Positions 50,201 to 64,000 of a DNA stretch of 64,000 nt are shown in pieces (position 1 is the stretch's first letter; each line of letters begins with the position of its first letter). The DNA is from Azolla caroliniana (Eukaryota; Plantae; Polypodiophyta): positions 13,330,001-13,394,000 of the forward strand of contig JBHGNT010000014.1 in the NCBI GenBank assembly GCA_043228905.1, written 5' to 3'. A model generated the notes under the pieces. It searched no databases, was not told the DNA's origin, and saw only the letters and a program-made list of their open reading frames with translations. The translations under genes and the position numbers were made by a program.

Positions 50201-52382
50201 ATGGCGTCCTCAAGCAACCAAGCGGGAGAGCTCGAAAGGATGATGCTAATCGTCGAGCAAATGATGAGATCTCGGGACAACGACGCGAGCGTGGAGAAGG
50301 CTGTCGATCGTGTCGTAGAGCTCGAGGGCCAATTCGATGGAAGGAACGTTACGAAGTTCCTTGATGCATATAGAAGGGAGATGAATCAGAGGGACGTGTT
50401 CGAGGCACATCAAATCGCAAGCTTCAAGAGAGTTGTCACCAACAACATCCAAAGACGCATCATCGAGCTTCAAGAAGGTAAGACAACATGGTCCGAGTTC
50501 GAGAAAACGATACTAGCGGAGTTCATGACTGAAGACTTAACGAGGATGACTCGACATGCCCTGATGAAGTGGATAGAGAAGAAGAATAAGAAGATGAGCG
50601 TCTCGAGGGTGTACGACGAATTCGACTAGATGTTTAGTTGTCTCCCCAATACGGACCAAGTGTTGCTTGAAGAGGACAAGACTTTGTACTTCTTGAAGGC
50701 CGTGGACATAAAGGCTAGACGGAAGTTGGGGACTCTTCTCGAAGATGATACCCAAGCAAATGGGCTTGTAGCGGACTGGATCGCGATGAAGCGGGCATGC
50801 AATAGGCTCGACAAGCGTCGCCAATGGGTTGATGACACCGACTTGACGGCATCGACTACCACGGAGAAAGCAAGACCGCCGAAAGTAGCTGAGCCGCCAA
50901 GACAAACTAACGTGGAAGAAAAGAAGATTGATGACGACATCATTGAAGAGTTAGCGAAGAAGTTCGAGAAGGTCACGCTAGCCAACATGAATCGTCGGGG
51001 CCCTAAAGGAAAAGAACCCTTTAGATGCGTGTGGTGCGATAGCATGGACCACATGAGAAGGGATTGTGCGAGCCTTCGAGAGGCGATTCGATAAAATATC
51101 GTATACATAGAGGACAACATGATCTGCTCAAGTGAGACTAGAAGACCCCTATAGGTGAATTTCGGAAGCGGAGGAATGAAGAAATCTATGGAGGATGCCG
51201 ATGCGACTCATGTGGATGCGATGCACTATGCTGCGTCGGCCGGAATAAGAGTCGGGAAAGACAAGACTGAAGCTGCTACAGCGGGAGCAAAGTTTTGGAC
51301 TTCCGTTCTCGAATATGAGAAGAAGGGAAAAGTCACATCGAACGAGGTAGAGCTTGCGGACCGAAGCATGCAAAGCATAACCGGGTGGTCGGATCCGGTG
51401 GACGACAACACCATACTCGCAGAGGTGATGTGCGACAACCACGAGGTGTTCGTCGAAGAAAAGAGAAAGAGAATAGAAGAGCAAGGCCCATCAAAAAGAC
51501 ATGAAACAAGGAACGCGAAAAAGAAGGACGATGTGGAGACAAGTCGATCTTTACAAACGGAGGAACGAGAATCAAGCCGAAAAGGGGAGCCGAGCATACG
51601 AGTTGAAGAAACGGTTCGGCCCGTGAAGGTTGGTGTCGAAGACAAGGACTATACCTACCTATAAGCTAAGGTCGGACATAGAGCAGAAGACGGACCTAAA
51701 GAAGATTCTTGAAGAACGAGTTCTTGATAGCCACGTAACTTTGTCCTTGAGGGAATTGCTTGGCATTACGAAGGAGTTCCATGACATGATCGTGGACCTT
51801 GTAAAGAGAAAGAGACAACAATCGGACGAGGAAGAAGAGAAGCCGCAAAAAGCGAAAACGAATGCCATAACGATGGCAAGAGACGAAGTCGATGAAGATA
51901 TGGTGGACAACCACTATACTCGACCTCATTGGGCACGAGCGACAACGGAGACGCCAGTGAAGATCGGGGAGAAGAAAGAGACCGTGGTAGCCTTGATCGA
52001 CCACGGCTTGGAGATCAACCTCATGTCAACCGACTTCTGCAAAAAAGGAAGATGGCCAATCAATACAAACCACAGATGGAAGATTCGCGCGGCAACAAAG
52101 TCTACGGAGGACTTGTACGGAGCTTGTCCCAATATCAAAGTCACGATCGGGGATGTGGAGATGGATCAACACTTCTTCGTACAAGAATCGGCGTTGCATC
52201 CTGTCATCCTAGGGCAACCTTATATCACATCATCTCGGATGGAAACCAAAGTGTTCGATAATGGAGCAGCCTTCGCATGAATAAAGAGTCTTGACAACCA
52301 AAGATCGGTCCAATTCCTAACGGTGCGAGCCAATCATGAAAGGAATCGAGATAGTCTCGGAGGCGAATCCTCGGATTTTTAG
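50201..52382 (+). pseudogene. ORF1 (gag-protease) of F
   Basis: Homologous to C ORF1; several stops and a frameshift near 51650; ends SSDF*. Confidence 0.9.
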
Positions 52383-55300
52383 AGCGGACTATTGAAGCAT
52401 GGGGCATAAATAGTCCGAGCAATCACAAGACCCCACAAGAAAGAAGAGTGTGTGGATTGCGAGGAGAAGCAACATGTGTCACACCTAGTGGCGCATGTAA
52501 ACTAGTACTACCCGACAAGAAGCAGAAGCGCCGGATACAAGAATTTGAGAAGATGCTAAAAGAAGAAAAAATAATAGAAGAAGGAGAGTTTGTGACTCAT
52601 CTTATGGAAGAAGCCTCATTTAACGACACCATCGGCGAAATCGAGGACGTCGTGGACTTGAGCTATCTTCACAACCAACGCGTGATTCCGGTTAACTCCA
52701 TCAAGATGTACACTATCATCGATGAATACCGTCGTGGCATCTCGATGAAGGAAGCTGACATCAACACGAAATATAAAACGGTGGATAATAAGATCAAGCC
52801 AGTTGCGGCTCCGCTACCGGAAGATAGCTAGCAAAAGATGAAGGAAGTCGCTAACGATCCAAGCTTAAGATATCCGAAGAAGATAGGTCATGTCTTCACC
52901 AAAGAGATGAAGGGGAAGCTACGAGTTGGAAAGGAGGATTTCCTTCTCCCTGAAGAGGAGCGAATGTTTCGCGATATGCTTGAGAGACATGGGAAGGCTT
53001 TCGCATTCTTCCCACGAGAAATCGGATGCGCTAACCCAAAGGTTATAGAGCCGATGGTGATCTTCACGGTGCCTCATGTGCCTTGGAATTTGAAACCGAT
53101 ACCGGTTCCGAGAGCACACCTTCCGAAGCTGATCGAGCTCTTAAAGGAGAAGGTGAGTATGGGAATTCTAGAACCGTCGAATGCTCCTTATTCCAATAGG
53201 TGGTTCACAGTGCCAAAGAAGAATGGATCATTGCGATTCATCCAAGATCTTTAACCCGTCAACAAGGTGACAATTCGAAATGCCGGAATTGGTCCGAGCG
53301 TGGACGAATTTGCCAAAGCGTTTGCAGGCCAGTCCATCTACTCCATTGGCGATCTCTACTCCGGATATGACCAATTCCAATTGGCGATCGACAGTTGGGA
53401 CATTACAACCATGAGGACTCTGATCAGGCTTGTGCGGATGTGTACCTTACCCCAAGGCGCAACGAACTCGGTGGCTCATATGGTGAATGCCATGAATAAA
53501 GTCTTGAAGGATTGCATTCCGGACATCATGATGCCATTCTTGGATGATATTCCGATAAAAGGATGTTCGGATGAGGAGAAAGATGAATCGAAAGATAAGG
53601 AAGGTTGTAGAAAGTTCGTTGCGGATCATATGAAAAATTGCAAGAAGGTGCTTCAAAGGCTCGAAGATGCGAATTTGACATTTTCGGGAGAAAAATCCGC
53701 ATTCGGGCAACCAGAGATCTTGGTGGTAGGTCACTTGTGTGGAGCATACGGCCGGAAGCCCTCGCCATCCAAAGTGAATGCAATCCAAGACATGAAAGAA
53801 GAATGTGAAAACCAAACGGAGGTTCGAAGGTTCCTTGGAGCGTGCACGTTTTATCATATATGGATTCCTCACTACGCTCATGTCGCCGAACCGTTATATG
53901 GACTACTAAAGAAAAGAATGAAGTTCAAATGGCGAGATGAGCACACAAATGCGATGCGAAGATTAAAGAAACTGCTTCTTGAAGCTCCGGCACTAAGGAA
54001 GGCCGACTATGCCGAAGGAAAACCAATTTACGTGACCGTAGATACGAGCCCAACCGGAATCGGGTGGGTCATCAATCAAGAAGGTGAAGATAATGCGCGA
54101 TATGCCGTCCGGTTCGGAGCAAAGGTTCTTAGCGAACGGCAACAAAGATATGCCCAAGTCAAGCGGGAACTTTGGGGTATTGTGTCGGCAGTGAAGACGG
54201 ACAAAGATTACCTGATCGGGTCAGAAGTGATAATAGAGACAGATTGTCTCCCAATTCTCGGAATGGTCTCAGGATGTGGGACCCCAGATCTTGCTATGCT
54301 AAGGTGGATCGCCTACATCAAGTCTTTAAACCTAGAGATCCGTCACATTGCAAGGAAGAAGAACGCCATGGCTGACATGCTGTCGAGGGCAAGATTTTCA
54401 AATGGAAGTAACATGGTTTCGGAAGATGAAGATGTCGCCCTCGACTTCTTCAAGATGGCTCGATTGTCGGCGGAAGACCAGGACACGCAAACCCTCCACG
54501 CCTTCAACGAGAACGAGTACGAAGGAGAGTGGTTACTCCTCGGTAGATTCCTAATAACATTGACGACAGATGCTTCGTTGACAAAGGAGGAGGCCCTACG
54601 AATCTGAAAGAAAGCTTACCGATACTTCTTGAAGGGAGGATTCCTTTGGCGACATCCAAAAAGAAGGACAGGAATACCACGTCGAGTGGTGGTAAAGAAA
54701 GAAGAGCAAGAGACGCTGATGATCGAATTCCACAAGAGTGCTTGGGCAGGTCATAGAGGAACATGGGCGACGTTCGAAAAGTTGAAGGAGAAGTACTGGT
54801 GGCCAAGCATGTACAAAGATGTACTCCATTTCGTGTCCACATGCGAAACTTGCCAAATATATTCAAATATACGTCATCGTGATGAGTTACAGCCGACATA
54901 CCCACTCACCATACACTTCAAATGGATGGTGGATCTGGTCTCGATGCCAATGGGAGTGGGACAAATGAAGTACTTAGCGCTGGCAAGGGAAGACTTGACA
55001 AATCAAGTGGAAGGACGAGCCTTGACAAATAAGACAACTTCAGCCGTTTGCAAATTTCTGCTTGAAGAGGTTGTTTGCCGATATGGATGTGTAGGGAAGA
55101 TAGTGGCCGGCTGAGGGGAGTTGGACGCGCACGAAGCGACGGAGCTCTTCGAAAGACTAGGCGTGAAGCTCTCCCTCACGACTGCCTACAATCCGGAAGC
55201 GAATGGGAAGATCGAGCGAGGGCATGGACCTATCGTTAAAGCCATCGTACGGGCATGCAACGGTCGAGCCGAGAATTGGCCACGACCATTACCCTATGCC

Positions 55301-55866
55301 TTGTGGGCCGATAGAACGACACATAGCTCGATGACAAGGTATATGCCGACGGAGCTTATGTATGGACAAAAGCCGATTATGCCCATCGAAAGGACGATCG
55401 CCTCATGGGTAGCGATACCGTGGGAGAATGAGATGAGCCAAGAAGAGTTATTAGCGGCGCGGATAAGGCAACTTGAAAGAAGACCTGAAGATTTAGAAAA
55501 AGCGCGAAAGATGATGGAGGCAGCCCGAGTAAAGAACAAAGTTCGGTTCGACAACACGCATCGACTTCGTCCCAAGAAGATTGAAGAAGGGGATTGGGTT
55601 TTGGTTTACGACACACCCTTGACAATCAACACAGTACAACAAGGAAGTTCGCAAGAAGATGGTTCGGGCCGTATGTGGTGACACGTGCCAACGATAATGC
55701 CACATACCACCTTGCAGAACTAGACGGATCAAGGTTGGCCGTACCCATTGCGGGAAAAAGAGTAAAGATTTTCAAGAAAAGACAAGACAAGGATCCTGAC
55801 CTCGATTACCTCGACGATGAACATAATAGGGCAAATGTAAATGAAGACATGGAGGAATCTAATTGA
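52373..55866 (+). pseudogene. ORF2 (RT-RH-INT) of F, in the -1 frame
   Basis: FLDDIPIKG, RH and integrase motifs, WFGPY; several premature stops. Confidence 0.92.
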
Positions 55867-58481
55867 TCACCGTAGCCGAAATCTCACTTTCTCTCTTCTT
55901 GGCACATACCGGAGGATGTGTGGTTTGGTGGGGGTGGATGTCGTGAAGATTTTCGGCAATAGTGTGAAAATCCCATAAAACGTACAAAATCAAGAATGAA
56001 CCACATAATACAATAATTGTGAAGATAACATTTTAAATAAATTTAATATCTAAGTACAAAATGATTGAGGTTTCGAATGCACTTTATTACACGAGAAACG
56101 GACAACTAAATGTCAAGATATGAGGGTATAAAGTTTGTGAAAGGAAAAGAGAAAATTCTGAGATATCCCACATAGGCACGACAAATACGGCTCTCATCAT
56201 ATATAAGGTAGAGCAAAAGATATTATCTTTGTGTCTATGTGTGGAGCATAGAGAGTTCAAGGTAACTTGAACTAAGAGTGGAGGTGGGCTAGCTACTCGT
56301 AAAGGGTTTTTGGCCAACCAAAACCGGATCGGTGATCCGGCGACATCCGGCAAGGCACCAGTAACCGACGAACCGGCGTCCGGTGACTACATAAATAAAT
56401 ATATATACATATATACATATACAAGGAGGGCAAGTAAGGATTCAAACCTTGCACCTCCGAGTTAGGAGTCAATTGGCTTACCATTAAGCCATGTCATTTA
56501 GTTGAATTTATATTTCTATCATTGTACTTTTACGTGTAAATTCTCATACATGAGAGCTAAAATGAGTGACATGGTTATCATGCACCACATGTAATACATA
56601 AGAGCCAAATGGCAAGCATGCATTTTATGCATGTCTTGTACCCTCACATGCATCATATGCATGAGAGCATCTATAAAAGAAGGGGGAGGAGAAAAAACAC
56701 GTTTTTTTTTTGTTATGAAATTAAGAAGAAGAAATTCGTTATCAAATTGATCGTGTAACTTGTTTCTTAAATCTAAAGTTAAAAGTTCAATCAATCTCTC
56801 TCAATCGTGTAATCTCAACTTCTCTCTTTCCCAATCTATCTTAAGTACTTTCTCGCTAAAGCTTGCGCCAAAGCTTGCATCGACTTTGAATCCTTCCGGT
56901 CCAAAACCCCGGCGGTTCTGCCTCACGATCCGCACATAGTGATGGATCTTCACGACAGCGTGTACCATCTTCTAACCACCAATCCACCCAAGGTGCAAAA
57001 TTTGTTTTCAATGGCAAAGATCCTTGCAACAATGGTATATCTTGTAATTTCTCCCAAATAAATCCATAATTTGGGGGAATACATAACCATTGCTTGGCAT
57101 CTTCAAATTTCGACAACCTTTGAGATTCATTATCAACTACATCTTCCAAATGTACAATCCCCAATCTAAATAAACGATTGAATTGAGATCTCAACTTCTC
57201 TTTCCCATGCCAAAACAACACTCGAGAAGAAACAAGCAATTCATTTTGTAATGAATTGAAAAGAGATAATGCATCTTGCCACGATCTTACCAAATGTTGT
57301 CCACATACAGAATGTCGAATCATTAGAGGAATACTTCCATTGAGTAATGACCACCAGGATGCTTGAATTTTTGTTTTCCCGTGCAACAATCCTTCATGCT
57401 CAATAAAATATTGCATCATAGATATCCATGGTTGATCTTGTTGACATATATCTCGTAATAATGCAAATCTATGAGCCATCAAATGTATTTCCAAATCCAA
57501 TATTGTTGCACCACCTAACCTTTTAGGAGTAGCCAAATGGTCCCGTGAAATCCATGTAACTCCCATCATTTCTCCCTTCCGCCACAACATGAATCGAATA
57601 AGTTGTAAAATGTTTTGTAATGCCTTCTTAGTCCAATGTAGTAAAGGCAAAAAATATAATAACATGGATATCAAGATACATTGCACCACTTTGAGCCGTA
57701 CATGAAATGGCCATAATTGAGACTTCTAATACATAAATATGTCCTTCAATTTACTACCAATCCAATCAATCAATTGAACATTTGTAACGTCAACACCGAA
57801 TGGATAGCCTAAATGTTGATAAATTGATCCTTGTGTAATCACTGACTCTCGCCATCCCAAACATTCAAAATCACTCTCCGTACAAGAAATAAGGTGAGAC
57901 TTCCTCCAATTTATATACAACCTTGAAGCCAAAGCAAATTGATCCTAAACTTGCATACTCCTTTCAAGATTTTCTTTTGAGGCTTGTAAAAACATAAAAG
58001 AATCATCCCCCAATGCTTGTGCCACCAATTGTCCACCAGAAGGAAGATGCAAACCCACAATATCATGATTAGCCGCAAGATTTGACAACATTACTAACAA
58101 AGGATATGTAACAATAGCAAATAACAATGGGCTTAATGGACATCCTTGCCGAAGGGATCTAGTAAGAAACACTTTCGGAGTAACTTCGCGATTAAGCATC
58201 ACACACGAGGTCGCGGTTTGCCCTAGCAAAAAGATAAGTCGACACATACGAGGACCAAGGACCCCATATTATACATTACACCTGAGAGGAAAGACCAATT
58301 AAAATGATCATATGCTTTTTCCAAATCTAATTGCACAATAACCATTTCTTGATGTGTATGTCGAGCATAATCGGTAGCCATTTGAACATTCAAAACATTA
58401 TGCAATATATTTCTACATGTAATAAAACCATATTGAGATGGATGAATAAGTTGAGGTAAGAACTTTTGAAATCTGTTGGAT

Positions 58482-58487
<6 letters not shown>

Positions 58488-58556
<69 letters not shown>
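58488..58556 (+). repeat. (CT)n microsatellite
   Basis: Uninterrupted CT tract abutting the truncated LINE RT. Confidence 0.97.
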
Positions 58557-58559
<3 letters not shown>

Positions 58560-60378
58560 GTCGTTTAAATCTCACATATGTTTCATGTCATGTTCCTATT
58601 TTTTCTTTTCTTAAAAGTTTTGTGTTATAAACCTTATCTTTTTATATGTTTTTTAATGTGTTGAGTATTGGTTTTTATCAGGGTTCTTATAGTCATGTTT
58701 TATTGTGCATTATGTGCTCTTTATGCTTACCAAATTGTTATACTCATTACCGTTGATTTCTCCATGTCTTGGGGTGTTTCTTTTTTCTTCCATATATTTT
58801 GTTTTTCGATATTACTCAAATTAGGGCAATGTTATCATATCATGTAGTTCTTAAATTTTGAAATGGAATGGTTAAATAACTATTGCATGATGAATGTTAA
58901 TTACTTGCCACTAAAGAGTTTTTAGTACTCCAACTAACGATAAATTAGAATTTATTATTGTTCTCATAAGTGAATCATTTTTACATAACACATATCGGGT
59001 TGACTAATGTCTCTTGATGTTCAAGAATTTTACTAATAAAGAATGCACTTGAGATTACACATTGCGATTGTGAGAGGATTATGTGCAGAAAGTTAACTGA
59101 ATAGACCCTACATGTAAAGAAAACTCAAATATGGTTGAATGCAATACATTGTATCATTGATATTGCCCATATAGCATAATTAATACATATGTAATTACAA
59201 ACAAATAAAATGTTTCAAGTACCCAAGAAATGTGATTTTGGTGTAATTACATAAGGTAATATCCTAAAGACACATTATGCCATAAGGTAATATCCTAAAG
59301 ACACATTAGGCAAGAGATCAAGAGAGGAATGTATTTCTCAATCTATATCTTTTACGGGATGGCCATAATTTATCCTATGATAAGTTGTATTATAGTATTC
59401 TACACACGAGGATAATTTGTTCGGGTTAATAGAGAGTGTAGAGAAAGTAGTATTACTTTTAATTCTAGGAATAGAGACAACCCTTAACGCCCAAGTGTGA
59501 ACTTGCTTGGGGGCCTTAGGTCTAGCTATAAATATGAGGCCTAGCTACCCTCATTAGACACCTTATTTGACTATTGACTATGTCGAGGTTGTGATCTTGT
59601 GGTGAATAGATTCTTGTAGCGAGCGTGCTAGTACTAATTAAGATGCCATGGGGATGGTATGGAATGCCGATCAAGGCTCGAGTCTGTCTCAATCCCTTCA
59701 TTCGGGGTGGTTGAGTGGATTGACACCCTTCTTTCATGTATTTCCTTATTTCATGCTTACATTAGAAATAGTCTCTAACAATATCATAAGGTTTGAAGAA
59801 TGATATTCTTATACTATTGAGGATGCATTACCTCAAACAAACTTTAGAATGGTGGGGATTAGTTACAAGATAATTCGAGGAAAGTTCCCATAAGGAAATG
59901 AAGGGTCGTCTATTTGGAATTTGGAGGGGCATGGCTACTTGCAAGCATAGAATATGCCTCCAAAGAATCAAATGTATATTAAACACATATATTAGTGAAG
60001 AAGTTTATAAATTTATGATATCATGTTTATGTTTTGTTTGAAGGAATAACAAGGATTGCCTTTTTTAGATGATGCGAGCGGAATAAAGTGCATTTATGTC
60101 ATGTGACATCAAAATGTAAGATGTGTGCGTGTGGACAATATAAAACCAACCAAACATAATGGTAGACGTGCAAGGGTGTATCACACATGCACAAGGCACA
60201 TCTCTTTCTCCAGGTTCCAACATCCTTAAACTACTCAATTTATTTCCCACAATATATAGTTCATTTTTTTCGAACTATAGTCCATTATTTTGGCTTGACA
60301 TCATTAACATTCAATTAGTGAGCAACCAATTGATGTGCACGCCAAATTTAGTATAGGATTATTGGGACAACTTCACTA

Positions 60379-63178
60379 ATGGGATCCATATCATGGACAA
60401 ACAAATGGGCATTGATGGGAATTGCCATGATGGCCGTAGTGGTGATCCAAGAGTTTCCCAACTATACCATTGCAGTATTACCATCAATCCGCATTTCTCC
60501 TTTCTCACAAAATTACTATGTGGGTTGGAGTAGTGGTAACTCTGCCATCTTTAACCGTGGTTACAACATTAACCTTACGCTCGACAAGTCTAGCGGTACT
60601 ATTGCTATTTTTTTACCAACAATTTTGTATTCATTCTTTGTCCTCATAATTGTTATCTTAAGGTCTTGTTTTGGATATGTTCACATATATGGACATAAGT
60701 ATATTGAGAATAGAAGGAAAAAGGGACAAGGGTTGATTGGTTTGAAACTTGATGCTTTTCTATTTTATGAAAAATTGCAAGAATGACCACTAATTTTTGT
60801 AGGATTTGTCGATTGGCAACCTTGTTTTCTAACCATTTCAGCTACAATATTTCCTAATTAAAATTTATTCTTCTAGTTTTTTCCATTGCTATATATACAT
60901 TTAACCATTAATATATCACAATATTATAATAGAATCTAAAATAATGAGGTCATTCCACAAACATTACTTAATGCTCAAACAACAATTAGTACATTTTTGT
61001 GGATTGATGATTGGCCATGTTGGATTAATGAACTAAGAAAAAGATTACCAAAAACACTTCAATAAATACATCATTAAAATTGGTGGGTCAAAAATGTTGT
61101 AAGATACAGACATGTTTTTTAATTAGTCTGTAAATAATATGTTGCCATCTTTCTTCAAGTAAAATATAGATTCCACATGTACATATACTTGAAGTTCTTC
61201 TTATTAGCCCTTATGCTATAGGTGCCATTATCTCATATCTAATCTTCACATGCACTCGATGTTCATGAACTTTATATTGTAGGTTGCGGCTTTCGATCAT
61301 TTGATCGTTACCTTCGTGGGTATGTTAGTAGTTCTATCAGGCTCGTTCCTCGATACTCGGCTGGTGTCATTGTTGCATTCTATGTAAGAAATTAATAAAG
61401 AAATATTGGTTGGGCATCGAGTTAAGAGTCTTATCACCAATATAGATGTATGGGTAGTTCCATTAAATGGAATATCAAAGTATGCTTGGGTAAAAGGTTA
61501 TACAATCTTAATTAAATTCTTGACATTTTCAAAGACTTTCACGGATTGATGTGGTTCACTCATTTATATGACCAATTTTGAACCATTGACTTCAATTGTT
61601 TCCATGCTTTGCAGATGAGCTCCCATAGAACTAAGACAACCACTGATTGGGATGAGATAGATTTTGAATTCCTTGGAAACGTTACTCGTCAACCATGGAT
61701 ATTGCAAACCAACGTTTATGTCAATGGAAAAGCAAATCGTGAGCATAGGATATACCTTTGGTTTGATCCAACCACAACATTCCACACTTACTCCATCGTA
61801 TGGACTCCTCAACAGATTATGTATGTATCACCATTACAAACTTTTAACTATCACTTAAACCATATGAACAAAGATACCATATGTTTATATATATTAGCCT
61901 AAATGTATGGCTTATGGCGATCCAAAGTTCATAATTTAGTCTTTGTCATTAAAGAAAAAGAAAGCTCATTTTGGTAGTGTAAGAAGAATATAACTGTAGT
62001 AGGGTTGGACAAGTAGCAATGAAAGTGTTTGTTGTAGCATAAAATTCAACCCCAAAGCTATATATTTCACACTTTCATAAAGACCCAGAACATCATCAAA
62101 TAATTATCAATAAAAGACTATGACATCATAATAAACCATTAAGAACAAAAGAAAAAATCTTCTACATCCAACGAGACCTTCCCAAGATAGGTATGATCAA
62201 AATGCCAAACCTATATTTGATCCCAACATTTGCAAACCATGTTTTGGATGTGCAACTATATATTAGGTACCTACTTTAGTAATATATACAAAATCAATAC
62301 AACATGTTGACGAGGATCAATAAGAATGATAAGCAATATTTTTTACTTGATGTCTTAAACAATGTGTAATTCCTTGAATATCAATGACGGCTACACTATG
62401 GTTACAAACATAAAAGACAAACAAGAGGGGGTATCCAGATGAGGGTAATCATGTACAACAAAATGATGCCATATGGAGGGAGTACTTATATGTTGAATAG
62501 TTAGATATATACTTGATGGAATATTGATGAAATGTGCGGTTTTAAACTAGGTTGAGTGGATGCAATGATACAAGCCTTGCCAATTTGATCTTCCAAAATT
62601 TTGATTAATGCCCTGTGAAATTTTGCCAAAGTAATTGAAGCCCAACATTGTCCATTGCAATATATGTTTCAAGTTTTATTGGATTTCAAGAGCATGATAT
62701 TTAGAATACTTATAAAAACTTTGAACACACATATAAGTGAATCTAATGTTGTGATTGTTTCTGTGCATTGCCTATGTACAGATGGTATGTTGACACAATT
62801 CCCATAAGGATCTATAGGAGATCGTCAATCTCACGTTTGACATATCCAACATCTAAGCCCATGGCGATCTATGGTAGTATTTGGAATGGGGATGATTGGG
62901 CTACAAGGGGAGGACTTGACAAGATCAATTATACATATGCACCTTTCACAACAACTTTTAGTAGGTTTCAAATTGATGCATGCAAACTTAATCAATCATC
63001 AATACGACCTGCATGCTTCACCAATACATCATCTTATTGGTGGTCAAACTACACTCTTAGTGAGAGAGAGAAGAAATCCTATAATTTCTATACAAATAAA
63101 TATACAATTTATAACTATTGCAACGATTATGGTCGTTTCCCTATTCAACCGGCGGAGTGTAAAATCCCTCCATGGTAA
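60379..63178 (+). CDS. XTH: Xyloglucan endotransglucosylase/hydrolase (GH16), 306 aa; exons 60379-60595, 61283-61383, 61615-61820, 62782-63178
   Basis: GT-AG introns at the canonical XTH positions (101-bp exon 2); hydrophobic N-terminus; [10 protein letters not shown] catalytic motif with adjacent N-glycosylation site; [15 protein letters not shown] and YNYC..C motifs; spliced length 921 nt with no stops. Confidence 0.95.
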
Positions 63179-64000
63179 GCATATGATGGACATTTACAAC
63201 ATATCACGCAATTTTATATAGTTCAATCCATCCATTGATCTAGTTCAAATAAACTATTCCCTTCATTTGATTTCTCTAGAATGATGAGATGGCATTCTAT
63301 CATGAACCAAAGCCTCATATAGTTCAATTTCTCGAAGAATTCAAATATTCTATTTTGATTGTCTTGTTTATTTACCTATTGTTTTATTAGGGATCAATTT
63401 ACGATTTGATTTTTAATTCGTATGCTTTAAAATTGATTAAAGGACATTTAATATAACTTCATTAAACAAGTACATGATCTACTAATTTTACAATATGGTA
63501 AAATGTGTTTTTGCTAAGCATGAACAAAAAACTCTCTTCATGATTTCCGCACTTAAGGATCATGATTAATATTCAAGTATTAATGCAATGAATGAACCTA
63601 ATATGGATGAGCAGATTTAAGAGTACAAAGAAATGTCATTATGTTCAAGTTAAAGATATAATGAGCTTTGTTATGGTAGTCACTATAACCTCTTTCAATA
63701 TCCTTACCGAGAGCTTCCTTCATAGTGAAGTGTTCTTCATTAGAACCAACCCAAGGTTGGCATGCACTAATGATGAGCAAATGAATAAGAGATTAAGAGG
63801 AAGAATGGAATAAGGGTGCTTCACCACACTGATCATCCTCGAACGAAGGACAAGAGACAAACATAAAATACCATTGATGTCCTACTGAATATTACCTTAT
63901 GTTGTACCTTGGTCGTTGAATAAAGGTTCCAAAGAAGAGAGCTTCACCTCAAATATACTGTCTTGATAGCGTCTCAGGATGCCATAATGAAGAGTATAGC

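Larger units (their letters stand above)
49094..56957 (+). mobile_element. Full-length Ty3/gypsy element F, same lineage as C
   Basis: LTRs at 49094-50133 and 55939-56957 with 12-14 bp terminal inverted repeats (TGTCGTGAAGAT...ATCTTCACGACA); 4-bp TSD GCGT at 49090-49093 and 56958-56961; mutated tRNA-Trp PBS TCGTGAACCCGACGTGAA at 50142-50159; PPT-like GGTGGGGGTGGA. Confidence 0.95.
48376..58487 (-). mobile_element. Decayed 5'-truncated LINE ORF2 (48376-49093 plus 56958-58487), interrupted by F
   Basis: IHPSQYGF, LDLEKAYD, LRQGCPLSPLL, ALGDDS, KRLGG on the minus strand, continuing left of F. Confidence 0.85.

Noticed and set aside
59250-59308. 31-bp tandem duplication (similar short duplications at 45950-46030 and 46319-46415)
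   Set aside because: Ordinary local duplications with no further structure.
59400-59780. Possible decayed solo LTR (CTATAAATA, ends ...CTAACA)
   Set aside because: No defined 5' end or TSD.

Overview
Land-plant nuclear DNA, almost entirely retrotransposon. A non-seed plant such as a fern is my guess from the TE types, not proven. From 1 to 32.5 kb is a four-level nest: the 3' part of Ty3/gypsy element A is interrupted by gypsy B (1466-30226, TSD GGACC), B by gypsy C (2020-20910), and C by two young Ty1/copia elements, D (5206-10753, minus) and E (13397-18692, plus). Then follow a full-length L1/Tx1-type LINE (35866-42420), a decayed copia carrying a solo LTR, and decayed LINE fragments bounded by (CT)n tracts and interrupted by gypsy F (49094-56957, a relative of C). 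The only host gene is an intact 4-exon XTH (60379-63178). Main observations: (1) B has no polypurine tract, and a near-copy of a tRNA-Arg 3' end ending in CCA sits 2 nt before its 3' LTR, suggesting tRNA(-like) priming of the plus strand as well as the minus strand; (2) a conserved -1 frameshift cassette with a predicted pseudoknot lies between PR and RT in C and F; (3) both LTRs of F carry a tRNA-derived Pol III-type module; (4) A, C and F share a covarying hairpin before the PPT. All analysis was by eye; tRNA and family assignments are from memory of plant sequences and need database confirmation.
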